Assembly: GCA_964596525.1 (NCBI GenBank)
Contig: CAZQUL010000001.1
Location: 76,830-140,829, forward strand
DNA length: 64,000 nucleotides
Direction: 5' to 3'
Source: an uncultured Gammaproteobacteria bacterium
GTDB taxonomy: Bacteria > Patescibacteriota > Patescibacteriia > Magasanikbacterales > GWA2-37-8
Shown: positions 57,903-64,000 of the stretch, piece after piece
Layout of the letters: every line of letters starts with the position of its first letter
Numbering within the stretch: the stretch's first letter is position 1
Notes under the pieces: generated by a model
Database searches by the model: none
What the model was told of the DNA's origin: nothing
What the model saw: only the letters and a program-made list of their open reading frames with translations
Program-made: the position numbers and the translations under genes

Positions 57903-58319
57903 ATGCGCACGCTATTTGTTTCGTACACCGGGATCGCCCTGGCCATCAACCAAGGCACTTTAGCGCCGCTGGATGTGACGGATCCGAACGCCCTCTTCTA
58001 CCTCGGCTGCGCCCGGGAACCGCTCATGAACGACCTGGACGTACTCACGAGAACCGTCTACCCCAACGATCCAGCACGCGCGCGCGAAGTTCGCGCGCTC
58101 GTGGTGGGCGCCGTTCTCAAGGCCGAGCAGGAGGGGCGTGTGGCCTGGCGCAAGGAGAGAACCATGGGCCACTACGAAGACGTGCACAAGCTGCTCATCG
58201 CGAATGGGCTGCCTGGCATCGATCAGAGCCGACTCAGTATAACGCTCGGCACATACCACCCTGCCCTCATGAGCCGGATCGTCGAGGAGCTCGGGATTCC
58301 CGTACGGGTCGTGTACTAG
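57903..58319 (+). CDS. hypothetical protein
   Basis: TTGACG(57834)-17-TAGTAT, AAAGGAG SD, terminator at 58324-58367. Confidence 0.75.
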   Translation: MRTLFVSYTGIALAINQGTLAPLDVTDPNALFYLGCAREPLMNDLDVLTRTVYPNDPARAREVRALVVGAVLKAEQEGRVAWRKERTMGHYEDVHKLLIANGLPGIDQSRLSITLGTYHPALMSRIVEELGIPVRVVY

Positions 58320-58432
58320 CAAAGCGCCGCCCAGGAAGGCCATAAGCCTTCGGGGCGGCGCGTTTTTGTTTGCACGCTTAACATAAATTACAAAAGAAGC
58401 GTTAGAGCGCTTCTTTTGTTTTTTAACTGATA

Positions 58433-59725
58433 TTAAGCAGCTTTGCGCAATCCAGCATTTGCAGCATTCTGTTGGGGCGGCGACGCTTTTTTAGCGGGCA
58501 TAGAAGCAGGTTCAGCGACTTTTCTGGAATTCTTAATAGCTTCGTGTTCTTTTTTGACCGTATCGACATCGCGGCTGTAGGCGCGAGCTAAATTTTTAGC
58601 TTCTTCTTTAAGACCCTTTAGACCTTCACGATATGTAGCAGCCAAAACCGGAAAATCTTTTACGCGCTCAAGAACGTCCGTGATAGCACTAATTTTATTT
58701 TCCAATTTAAGCGCTTGTTTCTCAAACGTAATCGTCAAATCAAATAATTCCAGATCAAGAGCCGTGGGCGTAATGGCTTTTTCGTAGTCACCGCGCGCTT
58801 TAGCAAATTTAGCATCGCGTTCACGCGGCAATTTTACATCCATTTCATGGCGCAATTCCACCAGACGCGAGCGCTCCGGATACACCTTGGGAAAACCAGC
58901 GGCACGGAACTTTTCGTACATATCAGCCCATTCTTTGTACGCAGCGTCCATTTTTTTGTTGAACTCTGTGTTTATGTTTCCTTGTTGTGATTCAAAATCC
59001 TCCAAAGCTTGTTTGAGCGCTTCAGGATCAAGTTCAAAGGTATCGCTGCGGCGCATGATATTTTTTTCAAAACGCACCCGGGCGCGCTCAATGTCGGCCG
59101 AGCGCTTCTTTTCAGCGCGCGCGATTTCAACGTTGACTTCCCGCACCTCAGCCTCGAGCGCGCGTTCTTGCTCGGCGTTAGCAACGGCTTTACCAAGCAA
59201 TTCTTGGCGCTTGTTTTCTAAAGAAGAAATGCTCTTGTCCGATTCAACAAGAATCTTCTCGACCTGAGCATCGTATGCCACAGCATCACGCTTGTCGGCT
59301 TTTTCGTCGGGAGTGTCTTCGTCGTCGATGACTTCTAGCAAGTCCGAAGAGAGTTCCGGAAGATCTTCGTACTCGTCGACTTCTTGCTGGAATTTTTGGT
59401 CAACCATGACTTTGTCAGCGCGCGAATCGACGGTAAGCTGATAATCCCTATCAACGACTACCTTATCGCCATGTGGCGGAAGTGACAAAGTATACTCTTT
59501 GTCAATTATAACTTTAGCATCTCCGGCAGCATCCTTGGCAGGTTTTTTATCCTCGATAGTTCCACTCACAATCTCAAAAGAATCATAATCCAAATCCTCG
59601 TTTTCACTCTCAAACGCAGCCGCTTTCTGCGGCGCTTTCTCTTTTTTTGCCTGCGCGCGCTCCGCGGCCATATCCGCATCCGGCTCGCTAAAATCAAACT
59701 TGTTATCAATGGATTCCCCCGCCAT
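58433..59725 (-). CDS. acidic/coiled-coil hypothetical protein
   Basis: 430-aa ORF; three KV..D.(Y/F) repeats followed by a heptad-rich region. Confidence 0.75.
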   Translation of the reverse strand: MAGESIDNKFDFSEPDADMAAERAQAKKEKAPQKAAAFESENEDLDYDSFEIVSGTIEDKKPAKDAAGDAKVIIDKEYTLSLPPHGDKVVVDRDYQLTVDSRADKVMVDQKFQQEVDEYEDLPELSSDLLEVIDDEDTPDEKADKRDAVAYDAQVEKILVESDKSISSLENKRQELLGKAVANAEQERALEAEVREVNVEIARAEKKRSADIERARVRFEKNIMRRSDTFELDPEALKQALEDFESQQGNINTEFNKKMDAAYKEWADMYEKFRAAGFPKVYPERSRLVELRHEMDVKLPRERDAKFAKARGDYEKAITPTALDLELFDLTITFEKQALKLENKISAITDVLERVKDFPVLAATYREGLKGLKEEAKNLARAYSRDVDTVKKEHEAIKNSRKVAEPASMPAKKASPPQQNAANAGLRKAA

Positions 59726-59853
59726 ATGATTATGATTAATAATAGTAAGATTAGTTTAGCATATTCAGCCGCAGTTTGGCACCGCTAAAAATATACTAAA
59801 CTGCTCAGATTACTACGCTTACGAACAAAAATCAAGACCTCAGGTGATTAGTT

Positions 59854-60276
59854 TTACCCTAAAAAATGAGCCATCTTTGTCATATCCCCGTCTAAAATTC
59901 GCGGCTGCATCGCCTGCAATTCATCGGCATATCCCATAGCAGGGAGCGGGTAGAGCGCAAAGATAGGCTTGTCGAGCACATGCGCAAAGCCCATTTCAAG
60001 AAACGTATTACCCCCGATGTAACCGGGAATGCCTTTGCGTTCGTTATTGATGACGAGAATAGCATCACCTGCTTTGATTTTTTCGTAATGCGCGCGAATA
60101 AGATCGTGCGTCACTTTTTCCTGGGCGGATTCAACATGTTTTTTCTCGGCACCTTCTGTAATATAATCTTCCACAAAAAGCGGTAGAACAGGCTCGTGTC
60201 CGAGTTTTTTGATCGTTTCGCTTGCCACGAGCATGTCTTTGGCAGCGGTCATGCTGCCGCAGATGATGATACGCAT
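59854..60276 (-). CDS. conserved protein, nucleoside deoxyribosyltransferase-like
   Basis: IIICGSM, DAILVIN, YIGGNTFLEMGFA. Confidence 0.7.
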   Translation of the reverse strand: MRIIICGSMTAAKDMLVASETIKKLGHEPVLPLFVEDYITEGAEKKHVESAQEKVTHDLIRAHYEKIKAGDAILVINNERKGIPGYIGGNTFLEMGFAHVLDKPIFALYPLPAMGYADELQAMQPRILDGDMTKMAHFLG

Positions 60277-60286
60277 ACGTTAAAAA

Positions 60287-60610
60287 TTATTCCGCCGATT
60301 CCAAAAACACTTTCTTCACAAAACTTCCACGCGCTTTTTTCCGCTCTTCATTGACACGCGCGATTTCCGCCGCATCGAGACCGAATGCGGCAATAATACA
60401 TTCAAGAACTTCTTGTACGTCACCAACTTCTTTTACCATCTCTTCGTGCCCACCACGACTGTCGCGGAGTTCCGCTGCTTCCTCGACGATTTTTTTGAGA
60501 AGCGCGATTTTATAGTCGTCATCATTTAAAATCCGTGATACGCACTTTTTACCTTCGCTCTCAAAGATGGCGGGGATGTTGTCGCGGACGAGTTTGTTGT
60601 AAATAGTCAT
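60287..60610 (-). CDS. MazG-like nucleoside triphosphate pyrophosphohydrolase
   Basis: YNKLVRDNIP, EEAAE..EVGDV.E, RGSF. Confidence 0.85.
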   Translation of the reverse strand: MTIYNKLVRDNIPAIFESEGKKCVSRILNDDDYKIALLKKIVEEAAELRDSRGGHEEMVKEVGDVQEVLECIIAAFGLDAAEIARVNEERKKARGSFVKKVFLESAE

Positions 60611-60619
60611 ATGAAAAAA

Positions 60620-61852
60620 TTAATCAATGGAATTTCCCGCCACGTAGCCAGTTGTCCAACACAGCTGCAGTGAATATCCACCGGATGGACGGTTGATATG
60701 CAGAAGATCGCCCGTGACGTAGAGGTTAGAAATAATTTTCGAGCGCATGGTTTTGTTGTCGATTTCTTTGAGGACCACTCCCCCGTCGGCAACTACCGCG
60801 CGTTCATAGCCCATGAGCCCTTGCACGGTGAGTGGAAGTTTTTTGAACAGTTCGGCGAGCATCTTACGCTGCTCTTTTTTTACGCTATGGACTTTGGTTT
60901 CGGGGTCGATGAACGTGACGAGCCGTGCCAACGAACGCGCCGTGCCAGGCGGCACGAGAAACGGGAGTACGTTCGCGAATGTTTTATTTTTATGTTCGTC
61001 GAACACCGCGGTGATATGCCGATCGAGCGCGCCAACGTCGAGCGTTGGGTGGAGGTCGATCGCGGCCGTAACCGGACCTTCGTGCAAAAGATCTGCTACG
61101 CGGCGGGCAGCGTTCAGAATGAGCGGGCCGGAGATGCCGAAATGCGTACAGAGGATTTTTCCTTTGAGGAAAAATTTCTTTGTTTGGTCGACGAAAAACG
61201 TTATTTTTACATTGTCGAGCGCAACGCCCGAAAGATCTTTTATCCACGTTTCGGCAATTGCGAGTGGCACGAGATTGGGGGTCGGGGTCTCGACCGTGTG
61301 GCCGAGATTTTTAAGCCAGGCAAACCCATCGCCGGTCGAGCCGGTTTCGGGGTGCGAGGCGCCACCGGTCGCGAAAATAAAGGAACGCGCTGACCATTCC
61401 TTATTCTGCGCGATCACGTTTCTGATGATTCCGTCCGTAAAATTAATTTTGGTGACCGGCGCATTCGTTATGACCTCAACGCGACCGTGCTTGAGATAGT
61501 CAACCAGGATTTTTACAACATCCGGCGCGCGTTCGGTGACAGGGAACGCGCGCTTGTTGTCTTCGATTTTGAGCTTAAGGCCGTGCGATTCGAAAAACTC
61601 GAACGTATCTTTGACGCCGAACTGTATGAACGGGGCATGCAAAAAACCTTTCGCGGTTCCGTAGTGGGCGAGGAGAAGATGGATAGATTCTTCGGCGTTG
61701 GTGATATTGCACCGTCCACCGCCGGTGATAGCGAGCTTTTGTCCGAGCGCGGGATTTTTTTCGAGGATAAGGACTTTTTTTCCGCGCTCGGCCGCACGTC
61801 CCGCAGCCATCATGCCCGAAGCTCCACCGCCAATGACAATGACGTCGTACAT
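60620..61852 (-). CDS. HI0933/BaiN family flavoprotein
   Basis: IGGGASG, ITGGGRCNITN, TGSTGDG, GGYSLQ..TG. Confidence 0.92.
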   Translation of the reverse strand: MYDVIVIGGGASGMMAAGRAAERGKKVLILEKNPALGQKLAITGGGRCNITNAEESIHLLLAHYGTAKGFLHAPFIQFGVKDTFEFFESHGLKLKIEDNKRAFPVTERAPDVVKILVDYLKHGRVEVITNAPVTKINFTDGIIRNVIAQNKEWSARSFIFATGGASHPETGSTGDGFAWLKNLGHTVETPTPNLVPLAIAETWIKDLSGVALDNVKITFFVDQTKKFFLKGKILCTHFGISGPLILNAARRVADLLHEGPVTAAIDLHPTLDVGALDRHITAVFDEHKNKTFANVLPFLVPPGTARSLARLVTFIDPETKVHSVKKEQRKMLAELFKKLPLTVQGLMGYERAVVADGGVVLKEIDNKTMRSKIISNLYVTGDLLHINRPSGGYSLQLCWTTGYVAGNSID

Positions 61853-62029
61853 AGGAGAATAAATCACTTACCGGGTAACTATAACGGATTTCTACTGATC
61901 ATTCTAGTTTGAACGGCTAATTTGCATGTTTCCCCAAACGCATTGCTATCCCGAACCATTGACTTTTATCCTGTTTTACTGTCTACTATTACCCATCCAG
62001 CACTGCGCTGCGATATACGGAGAAGAACC

Positions 62030-63039
62030 ATGACCAACCATCTGGCCACGCTCGGGTTTATCGGTTTGTTGCTTGGCGGTTGTAACGCTACCGATTCTAC
62101 CCGTGGGCCTGCCAGAATGATATTGCGTCCGGCACGCGCGTTGACGATTTGACCCCGTTTGCATCTACCTGCGCCTACTTCGAACAGTGCGCGCAGCGGG
62201 ATTGGCAAATCGATATTTCCGACGCTGCCTGCGCACAACCACTCCCCCTTCCTGCCGGAATGACAATCATCGGCAATGGGTGCCGGGGTGCCGACGGGGC
62301 CATCCACGTGTTCACACCGGCCGGATCTTCGTTCACAAGCAACACCTGCGTTGCCAGTCAATCGGCGAACATCCGCGAACAAAACTACCTACCCGCCATC
62401 GGCATAGATGGACTAGCCGGTATGGATCCTAAGAGCTTTAGGGATTCATTGTGGTTTAGAGATCTTATTGAGGCTTCGCTTCTCGTGAAGCGCGCAGGTG
62501 CCTACAGCGCATCTGTTGGCCTCACCCTCTTCCTGCCGATCGATTGCAACGGCGATGGTAAATTCTCGCAGAGCGATGATGACATTGCCGTGAGCTCCAT
62601 GACACTCGTTTCTTGGTCAAATGACGGTTGCGGTATGATCCGCGCTAGCAGTTACGACACCAGACCAAAAGGTCGCAACACCTGCGGCTGGGATCAGTTT
62701 TACGGCTACCTTGCCCGTGCCGGAATGCTCTCCGGCACGCAAATCACGAAGTGCGCGTTAAGCGCCCGCACAGACGACTACACAAGCTGCGAGTATGGCG
62801 CCTATCGGACCGGACTTGAAGACCTACCGTCTGAGGCGCGGATTTTTTCTGGAGCACAGCTTGAGGGTATTACATGCGGGCTTCCGGTAGGCATGGCACT
62901 CCCGAGCGCACTTGTGCACCTAGGAAGCGAATCGGACGTTGGGATGACAAGGGAGCAACATCTCGTCATCGAAAAATTTGGGCTTGCTACTACGCCCCAC
63001 CGGTCAACCTTCCTTTTCGATAAAAGATCTTTGCGCTAG
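62030..63039 (+). pseudogene. frameshifted Cys-rich lipoprotein gene
   Basis: The signal-peptide frame (LLLGG-C) stops at 62152. The long frame is open from 62086 to 63039. One added base near 62099-62102 joins them. Confidence 0.65.
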
Positions 63040-63150
63040 ACTTACAGCACCCCATCTCAAGGGGTGTTTTTTATCCTTGACTTTTCGACTGTTTAAGTGT
63101 TTACTATGGCGCGTCTGGCTTTAAGGTGGGAAAACCCAAGGAGAAGCACT

Positions 63151-63861
63151 ATGCGGAGATACTTTGCGATGTTGTTTCTTTCCGGATTTCTGCTGACCAG
63201 CTGCGGACACGACGGATCACCGTCCACGTCCAATTACGACGCGGATAGAGACGGGGTGCGGCTGTTTACCGATCTATGCCCCGATCTGCCGGGTGTGGCG
63301 GGCAATGCCGGCTGTCCGCACGATCTCAAAGATTTGCCCTGCACCCTTTTTGATGTGGGGAAATTCAGCGACGCGCATATTCCCCGGTCAGCGCGGCGAT
63401 TCTGCGATCCTCATCTGAAAGGAAAAGATCCCCGCGCTTTCAAACCGACGATCGACAACTGGGGTCACTTCGATGGACCGGGTACCTGGGTGGTACAGGA
63501 AGATATAAAATTTCCCGGCTTTGCGACTCTTGTATTCCCGGTCGCTGCACCCGTCCGGGTCTACGGTCGACTCGTGTGGAAGCTCACCGACGGAACGAGC
63601 GGCGCAACGGACTGGGTCTCGAAAAGCACGAGTTATGTGTTACCCGAGGACATTGAAAGCGTCCGCGCCGAAAGCAAAAACGGTGCGGCGTGGGGAATGT
63701 GGGGGGTGGAGCTCAGTCACTGGCGACCCGTCTCCCTTGAGAATCAAAACCAAATTAAGCGGCTCGTAGAGTATTCTGGTTACGTGCCGTTCGCGGAATG
63801 GCACGACGGATACTACAAAAAGAACTGCTCTGTGATTACCACGGGACCGAACTGCCTGTAG
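63151..63861 (+). CDS. lipoprotein with a thrombospondin type 3-like repeat
   Basis: TTGACT at 63077, AAGGAG SD; LLTS-C; DADRDGV..DLCPDLPG..NAGCP; terminator at 63888-63910. Confidence 0.8.
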   Translation: MRRYFAMLFLSGFLLTSCGHDGSPSTSNYDADRDGVRLFTDLCPDLPGVAGNAGCPHDLKDLPCTLFDVGKFSDAHIPRSARRFCDPHLKGKDPRAFKPTIDNWGHFDGPGTWVVQEDIKFPGFATLVFPVAAPVRVYGRLVWKLTDGTSGATDWVSKSTSYVLPEDIESVRAESKNGAAWGMWGVELSHWRPVSLENQNQIKRLVEYSGYVPFAEWHDGYYKKNCSVITTGPNCL

Positions 63862-63932
63862 TGCACCGCGCGACGTGCTACCAAAACAAGCACCTTCACC
63901 AGGTGCTTTTGTAATATGACGGACGTTCTTAT

Positions 63933-63961
63933 TTGACATGGTTGTGGCTATCATTTAAGGT
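63933..63961 (+). promoter_or_regulatory. promoter of the next unit (ATG at 63990, truncated by the window edge)
   Basis: TTGACA-17-TAAGGT, then AGGAGG. Confidence 0.6.
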
Positions 63962-64000
63962 CAAGGTGCTCTAACCAGGAGGAAGGATAATGCGCGCACT

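Overview
Chromosomal segment of a Patescibacteria (CPR) bacterium, probably Parcubacteria/ABY1. This is inferred from the absence of rpmD between rpsE and rplO, SD-less core genes and a LGAGC-type lipobox. A mostly minus-strand housekeeping backbone carries asnS, recO, ruvX, map, yvcK, glmS, secY, the S10-spc ribosomal cluster, tuf, ruvA, a P-type ATPase, ribH/ribE/riboflavin kinase and others, plus tRNA-Leu and tRNA-Met on the plus strand. It is interrupted by about 25 orphan genes, nearly all on the plus strand. Most form self-contained units: TTGAC(A/T/G/C)-17-bp sigma70-type promoter, strong Shine-Dalgarno site, ORF, intrinsic terminator. The core genes inspected have no Shine-Dalgarno site. 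Many orphans are Cys-rich lipoproteins, including a five-member divergent paralogous array at 28-2881. Other notable elements are a ~400-nt promoter-to-terminator structured RNA enclosing a tRNA-like core (about 20010-20414), a YrlA-type permuted tRNA mimic (17788-17897), a degenerate tRNA-Met duplicate, palindromic repeats with a nested insert, two unannotated small ORFs and a frameshifted lipoprotein gene. No CRISPR array, integrase, transposase or reverse transcriptase was recognised. All calls were made by eye without database searches.
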